From Utricularia gibba (taxonomy: Eukaryota > Plantae > Magnoliophyta): a DNA stretch of 64,000 bases. The translations under genes and the position numbers were made by a program. Every line of letters begins with the position of its first letter. The first letter of the stretch is position 1. Shown piece after piece: positions 23,182 to 35,650 of the stretch. Below the pieces are notes generated by a model that was not told the origin of the DNA, did no database searches, and was given only the letters and a program-made list of their open reading frames with translations. The DNA is taken from positions 5,704,001 through 5,768,000 of the forward strand of contig CM007990.1 in assembly GCA_002189035.1 (NCBI GenBank). Direction: 5' to 3'.

Positions 23182-24305
23182 ATGGGTTGCGCCGGATCGC
23201 GAGATCAAGGGAAGGGTAATCTTTTTCGTTTATTGCGTGTACTGGCTACAGCCACTTGGCTGAACTTGTGAAAAGTGCTCCTGTGTTGCGGACTGCGAGT
23301 TCCAGCTTCTAGTTCATTTGGACCGCCCCTTGAGCTGATCCAGTTTAGGGGATTTTCAATGTTAACGTTAATTAACAGTGTTGTGGTTGGGTATATGCCT
23401 GGGTTGTTCAATCAATGGTTGACCGTTGATTGAGGTGTTGATTAGGGGTTTTATATGGGTGATGAGTACTGTCAGTTGTTGATGTGGTTGTTGGATGGAT
23501 CCTTTCTGTACGAGGTTGGTAGGATGGTGAATCTGTTGTTGGTATGGTTGTGCCCTGCGTTTCTCAGTTCTTGCTGCTTGCATGTATGGTTTTGTAAGGA
23601 TGATGGATGCTAATCTTGATCAACATGGTGTTCGGATGCCTTGATACTTCCTTTATTAGCTGTTGTTCGTATGTTGGGGTTTGCGTAACTCATTTTAGTT
23701 CGAATTGCCGAAAACATTCTTCTGTATCGCAAACTTACTCATGCCCAGTTCTGGATTCAGTTCACTCCTTGCTAATTCATGGATTGTTTGTGCTCCAGAG
23801 GCATCAAAGAAGATATGCAAACCCAAGCCATGGAAGCACTCAGAGTCGATAACGAGGTCTCAATTAGCAAAGATGCGTGAAGAGTTCTGGGACACTGCTC
23901 CACACTACGGTGGCCAAAAAGGCATGCTTTCCCAAGTTGCATATCATACCTTTACACCCTGAAAGTCCAAAACTGTCATTCATTTGAATCTCCTCCACAT
24001 CTGGTTTTTTGAGCTGCTGTTTCATCTCCTCTGCTGACTACAGAGATTTGGGACGCCCTCCGAGCTGCAGCTGAAGCCGACCTGGCTCTCGCACAGGCCA
24101 TCATCGAGAGTGCCGGCGTCATTGCCCAGAAACCAGACCTAACAATCTGCTACGACGAGAGAGGTTGGTGGTTATAGCTCCATTGCAATGAAAAGAGTTT
24201 CCTTCATCACTGGAAACCATATCGGCATTTGTGTATGCAGGTGCCAAATACGAGCTACCCAAGTATGTTTTGAGCGAGCCAACAAATCTCATCCACAGCA
24301 GCTGA
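23182..24305 (+). CDS. Ubiquitin domain-containing protein (UBTD1/2-like N-terminal domain), 4 exons, N-myristoylation-type MGC start
   Basis: MGCAGS, KPKPWKH...[52 protein letters not shown]. Intron 2 (23922-24043) is GC-AG. Confidence 0.9.
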
Positions 24306-25072
24306 TCAAGAAGGTAACTGCTCATATCTTTCTGTATATTACTCCCGTGGTTCCAGTCCACAGTGACGGTGTGGGAATGAAAAAAAAGTATATATATTTA
24401 TTTATGTTTGTTTCAAAACAAACCAAACCAGACGACAAAATCATAATACATTGATTCCATGAACAGGGGGAGTCTGGTCCACTAAAAAAACACCCATTAC
24501 TAATGATGCTGATGAATTATGTTACTTTTAAAACAATGTGTCCTTTCTTCTGAACTTTAGGAGCTTGGGATTATTTTTTACAAACCATTTATGGGACTAA
24601 AAATATGAAATTTTTGATTGTGCCCAGTAAAGATTGATTTCAAAATAGTGAGAATTCAAAGTCAGCACAGACTTTTGACGAAAATAATGTACTTTTTCAA
24701 ATTTGGTCATTCTATTTTTGTAGATTACACATTAAAAGACAAAAAAGTTACTCTATTTATCACACATATTTGAAATGGAGGGGTGCAATTATTTTTGGTT
24801 TCCCATAAAGCGGGGTGGTGAATAATGAGTGAATTATATGGGGGGAGGGACAGCGCGCATTATTTGTTTGAAATGGGTAACGAGGGAGGGATCCATCACC
24901 CTGTGCCGCCCCCGCCCTCTCCCTTTCAAAAATGGGTGCACTCCGCTCCTGGTCTGCCGCCGACTACTATTTTGTGGAACCGGGAGGGCGGACATGGAAA
25001 TGGAAAGGAGCTCTGGTGTTGTCTCCTCTGCGGCATTATGAGAGAGAGAGAGAGGGTGGGAGGCATTGATGT

Positions 25073-25153
25073 GATCGGATCGGATCGGATCCTCCTCCAC
25101 TTGCATTATATATATATTATGGCCCTGGCCTGGCCTGGCCTGACCTGACCTGA
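25073..25153. repeat. Pentamer microsatellites (GATCG)x4 and (TGGCC/TGACC)x6 flanking a TA run in the OFP proximal promoter/leader
   Basis: Seen directly at 25073-25092 and 25120-25153, with TATATATATA between them. Confidence 0.75.
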
Positions 25154-25187
25154 GCTAAACCTGCAATTCCATTATTTTTCTCTCTAC

Positions 25188-25961
25188 ATGGAATCTCTCG
25201 CAACCCTGAAGTGGGGGAGGATGAGGTGGGGGAGGAGGAAGTCCGGGAATTCCTCGTCTGTTTTCTCACGGGTTTTCTCCGGTTCGTGGTTTCCGAGGTT
25301 CAAGCCGAGGGCTGCGCCTGCGGACTTCGAGTGCGACGAGGAGGAGGGGGGGAGTGGGGCCGGGAATCGGACCACCAGGTTCTACAGTCTGGAGGAAGCG
25401 GACGCTGATTGGATGGTTCCCGTTATCGAGAAGCGCGTCGTCCAGGGGAGGAGGAGCACCGGTGGCATCACCCACACCCCCCGCTGGGGTGAATCCGAGT
25501 ACCGATTTAGGGCTTCAGGGTTCGATCCCGACTCCTCTCCCAGAAGAGACGGGCTCCTCGATTTCAGCGATCTGGGTTTGGAGAAAACCAGAGCAGTCAG
25601 CCGGAGAACAAGGCCTACGAATCACCAGCAGCACCCCTTTCAATCCCCCAGACGGGAAGTCAAGAAGATGAGAAGCGGGCGGGAGAGTTTCGCGATGGTG
25701 AAGAGCTCTTGCGACCCGGAGAAAGATTTCAGGGAATCCATCGTGGAGATGATTCGTGAGCGAGGGATCCTCGGGAAACCCAAGGAGATCGAAGAACTGC
25801 TCGCGTGCTACCTGATGCTCAACTCCGAAGAATACCATGATCTGATCATTGGGATCTTCCGGCAGGTCTGGGCGGAGATGAATCGGAACCAGGCACAGTT
25901 GCTTCACCTACTCCGCCCCAGAAACTGGAACAAACCCAGCAATCCGCCTCCTCCCTTCTAA
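25188..25961 (+). CDS. OFP: OVATE family transcriptional repressor (OFP), intronless
   Basis: C-terminal OVATE domain SFAMVKSSCDPEKDFRESIVEMIRERGI...EELLACYLMLNSEEYHDLIIGIFRQVW. Confidence 0.95.
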   Translation: MESLATLKWGRMRWGRRKSGNSSSVFSRVFSGSWFPRFKPRAAPADFECDEEEGGSGAGNRTTRFYSLEEADADWMVPVIEKRVVQGRRSTGGITHTPRWGESEYRFRASGFDPDSSPRRDGLLDFSDLGLEKTRAVSRRTRPTNHQQHPFQSPRREVKKMRSGRESFAMVKSSCDPEKDFRESIVEMIRERGILGKPKEIEELLACYLMLNSEEYHDLIIGIFRQVWAEMNRNQAQLLHLLRPRNWNKPSNPPPPF

Positions 25962-26317
25962 CCCCAATCCCAACACACTCTCCCCTTTCCCTGCGTCATG
26001 TCCCAGGGACACCATGTTGCATATCCCCCTCATTCCCGCCCATCCCAACACAAAGTAGCACCATGCTTATTTTTTCATTTTTTTTTCTCTAAAATATTCA
26101 CTAATTCCTCAAATTATCTTTGATATTATTTTCATTTTAAAAAATATCTTTAAAATGATTTTATTTCAAAACGAGTAAAAATTTAAAAATAATTTTGAAA
26201 ACATTTTTGGAAACGTGTTTTCGAAGAAATAAATCCATCCATAGAGATTCCCACTAAGCACTAGAGAGAGAAAGAGCACCTAATGAAGAATGGCTGAGTG
26301 CTATGCGTCTTCTACTA

Positions 26318-29300
26318 CTAGGCACGGAAGTCCAGGACACAGACGACGTTGTTGGCGAAGCAGGCGGCGAGCCCATCGCCTCTGGCGTTCCAGCAGACTT
26401 CGAAGATGCCGCCGCTGCCGGTGTACGTTTTCACGATCCTGGCCTCTTTCACCGACCAGATGTGGATGCACTTGTCCAGCGACCCGCTTGCCAGGTACTC
26501 TCCGTTGGGGCTAAACGCCACCGAGTACACAGGATCACTGCACCCGGGTGACACAACCGGTTAAGAATTCTCGACATGGGGTCGCTGGGTGGGTGAGATG
26601 GATCGTACCTGTGGCCGGTGAGGTTGTGGAGAAGGCGCCCGCTCTCGATATCCCATATCTTTATGGTTGAGTCGAAGGAGGCGCTGAGGAGAGACGGGTG
26701 GGATGGATGGTAACCAGGTTGGTTCACAAGGAAAACCACAGCTAATGAAAGGTATCATGCGCACCTTGCGAGCACTAGTTGTCGGCTGGGGTTGTTGGAG
26801 CCAGGCCCTGTGGGGCTCCATCTGACGGTGTATATCTCCTGAAATGGGTATGGTTTAAGAGAGAGCATTCATGTGTGAATTTGAACGGCATGTGCATGTC
26901 ATGAATACATACTTTCGAGTGCTCCCTCAAATCCAGCAAGCAGGTGTCTTGTTTCATTGACCATATCTGCAGGATAATCGCTCGTAAGAAATGAGTGGAG
27001 GTCAAATGCTACAAGCAATTATATACTCGTGCTGTGCGAGCTAGGGGGAAAAAAAAATCGGCACTTGAGACATGTGTAAGCATGAAATGGACAAAAAACC
27101 TTTGCTGTAGAATCATCCGAGCATGAAGCTAGCAGGGTGCTTGTGGGATCCCACTTGATAGCATTGACTTCACCCTGAAGAAATGAAGCATGTAAATTAT
27201 CAATGAGTTGATAAATATAAACGAAAGCAGCCATAAAAAAAAGTAAACAGCATGGCAAACACTGTCACTCTGTAGCAGCTAATGCAAACCTGATGGCCTG
27301 CGAAAGTTTTAATTGGACGGTTCTCTCCCACTTTACAAACATATATCATGCTGTCAGTGGAGCATGTTGCAAAAGATACGTTGTTTCGCCAATCAACATC
27401 CAGGGCAGGAGCTATTCAAATTAAAAAAAAAAAGAAGCAGTTTTCAGTTTGAAAAATCAAGGACAAATTGACAAGAAAAGATGCAAATAATATTCTCCAA
27501 GTACTAGTAGTAACAGGCACCTGTATGAAATTCAAACTGCTGTTTACATTCAGCTGCCTTAACATCCCATACAATTGCAGTTTTATCAACGCTTCCGCTG
27601 AGAAGAAAATCTCCTTTCTTGTTCCACTTCAGAGAGAAAATTGGTCCTTTGTGCTTATTCAGAGTACTAATAAGTTCCCCTGGATGAAAAATACTGTGGT
27701 GAAAATGCAAGTCACGTTGACAAACAGTCAGATATCAAAATTTACAATACCGTGGTGAAAAATATAAAACAAGCAGATATCATATTCACAATATATATCG
27801 AATGCAAAAGGAGATGGCAGTGGCCACCTAGCTTATAACCAAGCTCAGAATTGAAACACTGAAAACACAAAAAAAAAAAAAAAAATTCCGGACAACTTTC
27901 GAAGAAAACAGTATAAAACGAGAGAAAGCAACAATAAAGCATCATATTAAGACATTTTAACTGCAGCAATTCAAATCAATCAGATGCTTGCTTCACGCAT
28001 TAGTTTATCATACAGCATTTTTAGCTGCTGTAAACATCTCTAGTTCCAGAGAGTAATGCTGATTTTAAATAGCCAAGTATCTCTCGAAAACTTCTGCACA
28101 AGCACTCACCTTCTCTACTCCATATCCTAGCTTGGCCATCATAAGAACCCGTAGCAAGTAGGGATCCGTCCACCTGAGTAGTACATTCATATCATGTCAA
28201 AAATTCTAAATCAATGTTTAAACATCCTTCTCCTACATGGAATAGAAATTTGAATAGAAACGCATAAAATGGATAGAATAACCGCACATTCCAATCAAGT
28301 GTGGTCACATCCTTGCTCTTCTCGTTTATTCTTCCTTTGAAATGTCTCAATACGACACTTGAAGGCCCACTTTGTGCGTTGAAGCCAGATTTGTCACTGA
28401 TTGTCCAAATTCGAGCAGTTGAATCTCCTGACCTAAAAGGTAATGAAGTAAAAGCAAATAAAGGTAGGCCAAATAAAAAAAGAGGTGCAACCACACTTTA
28501 GCAAGCTTACCCAGAAGCAAGAAGAGGTCCTGTAGGATTCCATGCGCATGCAAAAACCTGTAAGAAGCACACATAACTAGGCAGTTAAAAGCATACTGAC
28601 AGCGCTAACTTTCATCCTAAAATTAATCATCATAATATAGTACCACCAATTTCGCTTCTAAACATAAATTTACAAAAGATGTAGAACATGCAAACATTCC
28701 CTATGCACAATATATGGGTTCACAAGTAATCTAACATTGCAATGCAACTAAAAAATGTCTATCATTAAAAAAAAAAAAAGATGAACAAACCTCAGACGTA
28801 TGACCTTGCAACACTGTGACATCCGACTTTGAAATTTCACGGGTCACAGAATCCTCAGGAGGACAAATATCCATTGGTTCCACTCCTGTTAAAATATTTA
28901 ATGCAAGGACTTAATGAATACATACCCTTGCCTTGACCCAACAAGAGTTAGTGTACATTTCATACTGTAGGGTAATGTATATTCTTCGAGGTCTAGGAGG
29001 TCTAGTAACATCAACCCCATATTTAGAAACCAAAACTTGAACAGAAGAAGTTTGGCACATCACACCCATTCAAGAATCGGAAAATGGAAAAATCTTTCAC
29101 AACATTCTTACCTCTATCTCCTCTTTTATCATCAAGTCCGCCCTTGACCTCCTCTGGAGCAAGATTAGCATCAGCCATCTCTCGAAATGGCTTTTCCTTC
29201 TCTTTTCCCTTTGATATATCCTTCTCCTTCTCTTTTCCCCTTGCTGTATCCTTTTCCTTCTCCATCCTCCCTCTATCTCGCCCTCTCTGCTGTTTTATTT

Positions 29301-30046
29301 TTCCCTTTACCATCTCAACCCCATCATCTTCAACATTTGCATTCTCTTTCTTGATGGATTTTTCCCTATCTTTTTCTTTTTTCTCTTTTACTATCTTTTG
29401 GAGTTCATCCACGCCTTTGGTTATAAGATCAAGAGGTTTAAGAAACTGAAAATCTTCATCTACATCCAAATCCTCCTGAGTCCCTAAGTAATGAAGAATC
29501 AGAATATATTCACATGCAACACAAAAGCACAAAAACGATAGAACTCCACATCCCACACTCACATCGGTTAGGTTGGCTTCTAATTCGAGATACATTATTC
29601 CCTTCTGAACAAAAGTAACAAGAGCACCGGGTGGAACTAAGTTCCCATCGATGGTAGTTTTACTGATTCGTGCCTCACATCCTAAAGTGAAAGCTGAATG
29701 TGTGAACCCTGAACACATAAACTAAAGAAGTTTAGAACACCTTTACTGCACATAACACATCAATAACGCCGTTTCAAAAAAAAAATACAACGAATTCAAA
29801 TCACAAAGTTGAAGTGTTTTTAGGAGGCATAAGACGCGAGATGAAATTCTTGATAATGAATTCAAGATATCAATGCGGATAAGATCTCGTAGAGTCCAAA
29901 ATTGGAGGCCGAAGCTCCCCTTCAGAGAGTATAGAAAAAAAAAACCCCCCACTAAAAAAAGGCTGCGTGGAGATAGGAATTAAACCAGATTCGTTGAGGT
30001 AGCGAAAGATAAGGTAGTTCAACTCCTCCGACGTTATCGAGAGCAT
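26318..30046 (-). CDS. HOS15: LisH and WD40 co-repressor HOS15/TBL1-like, 14 exons
   Basis: LisH start [27 protein letters not shown]; WD repeats [62 protein letters not shown]; ends [10 protein letters not shown]. Confidence 0.95.
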
Positions 30047-30787
30047 TGCTTCCAACCTCCCTCTGCATTTAAAACCCGATTCCCAGGTTGCCGACGGCTA
30101 TCTCCGGTGCAAGTCTCCCACCAGCGCTGACAATTGACAGAAAAAAAGAAGAAAGAAATATAAAATTACGATGTTGAATATGGGCCTGGGCCGGACCAAA
30201 TAAAAAGGCCTACACGCCCATCAAGAAATCCTGCTATTCTCCTGGCTAGTCTCCCCTACGCCTCCGCAGCGGGGAAACGCAAAAATTCCGTCGAGACGTT
30301 CAAAATTTGGCCGCCGACGGAAAACACACGCGGAGGAGTCAGACACATCCCGATCGAGACTCTCCCATCCCCATCCATCCATCCTACCTTAGCGACACAA
30401 TCGAGAAGAACTGATTGCCGCCATGCAGACGATCGAACAGAACGCGCACAATGCAGTACGAACACGACGTCGCCCGACCACCGCATCGCGATTCTGCAGA
30501 CTTACTCGAAGAGAACCAGTATTCGGATACTGGATAAAGTTAAGGTATCCAGATCCACCGACTCAAGCTCGGCGCCGTCCAAACACCGCCGCGCGGGGAC
30601 GCGTAAGATGGTGGACGCGGACGCCGGACACCGACTCCCATTCATATTCCATCGTTAATTTTATTGGAGAAAAGTGTAACTTATTTATTATTCACATTTT
30701 TCACTCCCAATATTACAATCCATTAGTAGGGAGCATCAATAAATAAATTAATTAAAAATATACAACACACAAGGCTGGTTACTATGA

Positions 30788-31012
30788 CTAATGTCCGGCG
30801 CCTCTCCGACTTGGCCCCGAGGCGAGGATGAAGCTGATGCCTCTGATCGCAGCATGAAGATCATCCAATTTATCATTCCGACCGAATACGCTCTTCATCG
30901 CAGCCGCGGGATCGGTGGGAACGGCTCGGCCGTCGGCCGGGTAGCCGGGGAAGATCAAGCACATGATCCAAAGAAGAAGAAGAATCACTCGGGAGCCAGA
31001 TCCAGACTTCAT
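30788..31012 (-). CDS. Secreted SGPS-type peptide precursor, PIP/PIPL family (TOLS2/PIPL3-like), 74 aa
   Basis: Signal-peptide core VILLLLWIMCLIF, then GRAVP, and terminal LASGPSRRGAGH* (SGPS...GH motif of PIP peptides). Confidence 0.85.
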   Translation of the reverse strand: MKSGSGSRVILLLLWIMCLIFPGYPADGRAVPTDPAAAMKSVFGRNDKLDDLHAAIRGISFILASGPSRRGAGH

Positions 31013-31413
31013 CGGGGCTGCAAGCTCTGTATCGATGTGGGTGGGGGTTGATCGCATCATATATACAAGATGCTTCTGGTTGGGGTGGGGGGCTTGAGTT
31101 TTGTCAAGGGGACACCTTGCTTTAACCGCCTTTTGATTAGTCTTCGATTTGCGTCTGGAATTCAAGCACAGAAATGAGTATGAACTCGTGCAGTCCACCA
31201 GACAGTTTGGCTGGGGTGGTCGGACTTTGACTTTCATTGCATTGACAAATCTGATGGGGAAGGGAGGCGCAGTACGGTTGATACAGAGTGGTTGAGATGC
31301 TCCAAGATTGCATGCTTTGTTGATTATTTTCAACACTCTGTACAGAAACAGACTCCATTGATCAGACCTGGAGCTGATATGTTCATCTGGTTCGATTCCG
31401 GTTTTGAGTGTTG

Positions 31414-34400
31414 CTACTCTGCCAGGATTGTAACACCACAAGCAGCAGGAGCATGCTTTCCCTGTTGGTAAACAAGGTTGCCTCTCACAAAAGTTGCCAT
31501 AACTTTGCCACTGAGCTTCGCCCCCATGTATGCAGAGATGCTCTGCGTTTATCACCATGAGGATTCAAGAAAAGATACATCATGTGTATACAGAGAGACA
31601 GGATGCATTATGTGTACCGGATGGCGAAGGAATACAAGACCGTCATCTGCTATTTGGAAGTCTGCTTCAGGATCCCACACAGCGATGTCAGCATAATTTC
31701 CAGCAACAATGGCGCCCTTCAGATTTCAGCATAGTTAGCATTGAATCAAAATGAGAGCACTGTGATGCACGCAGTTATGATGCATCTTTTTGACTACAAG
31801 GGCTTATTCAATGTTAACATTTTTGCACATCAATCACCAAAAAAATCTACAAAAGAAACCAGCAAGAACAGAACATGCCCTGAGTTTGTCTCAACAGAAA
31901 ACCAAGGCTTGGATGAACTTTTTGCTACAGGGGTGGTTCTGCAACAACAATTTGTAGCAAGCCCGAAATATTTGCAGGGGTTTTTGAAAAATGGGAAGCT
32001 GGTACCTTGAGATTTAGTCCAGCCAGCTTTGCAGGCTTTTCACACCACCATGAGACTAAATGATGCAGATTTAATCCGTATTTTCGTCCATGCGACCATG
32101 TCACGGGAAGAACAAACTTCAAAGGTAGGAATCAAGGATTAGGATAATGGAGTTAAACAGATGAAGAGAAAAAAGTAACAGATGAACCTGTAAAGAAGAA
32201 ATACCACCCCATGCCCTGAGGAAATCACCTTCCTGAAGGAGTTTAAGCTCAGGGATAGTTGGTGAGTGGTCAGAACTCAGCATATCAATGTGCCCGCTCT
32301 GTGGAACACATCCAGAATCCATAGTTAGATTCTGGGAGAGACCATACTACTCTCTCCCATCAGGAAGGGACTCATAAAAAAAAAAAAAAAGATCACCAGT
32401 AAAGCAGCCCACAGTTTTTCCCGATTATCAGCATCACGAATAGGAGGAGCACACTTGAAACGAGTGTCTCCATCTGGGATTTCTTCTGCCGAAAAGGCTA
32501 AGTAGTGTGGGCAAGTTTCAACAGTAACACTGACACCATTATGCTTGGCATCCTATTTGAATGGTGCAGGAACCCCAAAAAGAACAAAATCAGCATTTTT
32601 TGTGCATGAATTCTAGTTAACAAGGAAAAAAATCTAAAAACCACCATTATGAGTTGCAAAGAAGCTCTGGAGTCAGCTAGGTGGACAATGTGAACATGAG
32701 CTCCTTCAGCAGAACCTCCTGGTCTTGCGTCTTCCGATACAGCCAATAGCTCTCTTATTGATGCTTCTTCCCTGAATGAGTATATGGTAATGGGGAAAAG
32801 TTGAAAATCACTCTCAGGACGTAAAAGCATAAAAGGTAAGAACAGACTAAAATATCAAGCTAGCTTGATATTGCACATTCATCTCAGCAACGATCAATTC
32901 TTTTTCAAGGGAAAAGAAAGCTCACATGTACTTCAAATCATACTTTGGAATGCATACATATATACATACCAAGATGCAGGTCTAGACTTGAGATATGTGT
33001 AATAAGATCGAGGATCATTTCCTCCATTCTCCAGTGCTCCAGCATCATCTTTGTCTTCCAGTTGAAGCTCTGAGTGCACCAAAAGTGGCCTTCTATATTT
33101 TGACAGTAAAGCAAGTGCTTCCTACGGAAAATCAGCTCTAATGCTGAGATCACTAGTCAAAAGGCTAGAAACACTTGCTACTAGTGATCGTGAATTAATC
33201 TCCCAATTCTTTCATAGATGCACATGGAGGGAAGATTGTTGTTGTAATCTTAAAATTTTACAGTATATGGTGCCTCATTACCTTAATATGACTGGAATTA
33301 GTCATGGGGAAATCGTTGATTCCTGATGGGCACATGAAAGACTACACAGATAATGCAGAGGCTCAGATACAACTTCAAAGAACTAATCATTGAAGACATA
33401 GGATTAGCAAGGAAAAAAAATTAGATCTTGAACCTTCAGTCCCAATGCTCCTGCCTCCAGAAGCTGCTTCAAAGAAGTAGTATTGTATGCATTTTCCGGC
33501 ACCAGACCTCCCCAAAAACCTGGTTGACATAAGATTTACTACACAGCTCAAAATAAACAACAGCCATAGTGGTTAGGTTCACATACCAACATCTACAAAG
33601 ATCCTTCCTTGAGCAGCCTTTACCTGCATACATGAAATATTAATGAGATATTAAAAGCCAGTTCTGCCGGATGATGTTCATATACAATGCTTCAACACTG
33701 AACATTGTAGAACTGGTAACGTAAAATTTTGATATGCAGACTTCACCTTAAGTTTCAGGGTCTCTTCTGAAACCGTTGAGGGAAAACTATTCAATGGCAT
33801 ATCAATCAATGTTGTGATTCCTCCTAAGAACAAAGAATAAAAATCATGGATGTATAAGAAAACGGGGGCCTTATCTCATACGGAATATGGGCTAGAGTTC
33901 AAAGAAATACATACCAGCAGCTGCAGCTCTGGTCCCAGAAGGAAATCCCTCCCACTCTGCCCTACCTGGATCATCAAGATGAGTATGCCTGCATTCCCAT
34001 GAGCATAAGAAATGTTGTCTCCAGCATTAACTGGCTAGATATGTAATGGTATTGCTATCTCACACATCAACCAATCCTGGCATGACAACGGCATCCCCAA
34101 AGTCAATGATACTGGCACCTACGGATTTCGTTTTCCAATCATTTCCTTCTACCACAGCTACTATCTTTCCATCTTTTACCTCAACTGTTCATGATTCAGA
34201 TGTGGGAAACCATTAGGATGGACATGAGATAAAAGGGCATTTTGACATTATGACTTACTTGCTCCAGAAATCAGTGAATCAGGGGTCACAATGCGCTTGC
34301 TAGCTACCCAAAAGTGTCTAGACTTCAAGAGACTGCACCTGCCCCCATACGGCTGCAAGATGAATCTGAACTCGTGACTTAAAACAAGAACATCAAGTAC

Positions 34401-34826
34401 AGGTATTACAGCAGACCTAAAACTGACTGCAGGATCAACACTGGCATCAAGAACGTTGCATTACCAGGGATAACGTCAAGATTCAAGTAACCATAAAGTT
34501 GACAAAAAATCGATTAATGTCTAAAGAAACCATTCTGAAACTCGCATGTAATCAAATGCGAAAGAAGGTTCTCCTTTTTCAGAAGCAAAATCCAATTTTT
34601 ACACCGACTCCGCTGCGACATTCGAATTCCGATCATTTTATGGGTAAACAAAAAACCCAACACAAAAAACGGAGCGCGGACATGTTCTTTGCCATTTATG
34701 GATTAAAAAGAGCAGCACACATACTACGCTCAACAAACAAACCTGCGGAAGAATATCAAAATTCAGTAAAAGGAGAGAGCCCAGAATCGGCAGTAGAGCC
34801 AGGAAAAACCTCAGCTTTCCATCCAT
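31414..34826 (-). CDS. ALN: Allantoinase (amidohydrolase family, purine/ureide catabolism), multi-exon
   Basis: N-terminal hydrophobic anchor; [79 protein letters not shown]; phases consistent. Confidence 0.96.
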
Positions 34827-35113
34827 TATCAGGCGAGTGAAGAACTTACAGATTCCTCTCAAACTACTTTCCCCACCCCGGAAACAGAAGCTCAACCTTC
34901 CGGAATTTCGCTATCAGGCTACAACCTTTGGTTGATTAACGCGACACTAAGCATATAATGAGAGCTAATCATCGTCCCTTAATCCACACACTAGTTAAAA
35001 AATTGAGCTTCACTGTAAAATGATTAAAAACCAAAAAAAATCTTTATTAGATAATCATTTATTTGATTTTCCGGGCATTGAGCATCCGTTGCCAGAACTG
35101 AGTACAATGTCTT

Positions 35114-35367
35114 TTAGCCCACCATCGGAACCCTAAAAACACGGAGCCCATCATCAACGAAGAGCCAAACACGATTGCAACAGAAATTATCAGGAACGAC
35201 CCGCGAAGGGGGACGATGATGACCGTCACCAACGGATTGTCTTTGACGATAACCTCCCTTGCCTTTCCGGCGGCCTCTCCGACCAGCTCCGGCCACTGGT
35301 ACTTGTACCTCCCTTGGGTGCAGCATTTCCGATCCGCACACAAGCCTTTGCTACACGGCGGATACAT
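35114..35367 (-). CDS. Potato inhibitor I family serine protease inhibitor, with an apparent 1-nt frameshift
   Basis: KYQWPELVG...DNPLVTVIIVP is in one frame and DNFCCNRVWLFVDDGLRVFRVPMVG* is in another (two different ORFs in the track). One extra base in the G5 run at 35208-35212 joins them. Confidence 0.85.
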
Positions 35368-35650
35368 TTTTGTATGGAACGAGGAATTCGTCGTGCCGTT
35401 ATATAGCCCATAACTCGATGAATCGCGTTGGATTCTTGGTGCTTTTATGTTCCATTGGAAGATAGTTCCTTTTACTTCTTTCGTAGTGCATGCAATAACA
35501 AGAAGAAAGAAACTTTGATTCAGTTGCTTATTCGGGTATTAGCCATTACGTTTGTGCTGAAATCTTCAGAGATTACGCAGTTAAGCTTAACCGGCCGACC
35601 GGGAGAATTTATACAGCAGTTGAGTTAACTAGGTTAAATGAACTTAATAC

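Noticed and set aside
23368-23620. GT-rich stretch and reverse Gln/Pro-rich ORF in UBTD intron 1
   Set aside because: Low-complexity intron sequence; no periodic repeat unit or telomere array.
24825-25148. 107-aa ORF just upstream of OFP
   Set aside because: It crosses microsatellites and the probable TATA region of OFP, so it lies mostly upstream of the likely TSS; no family motif.
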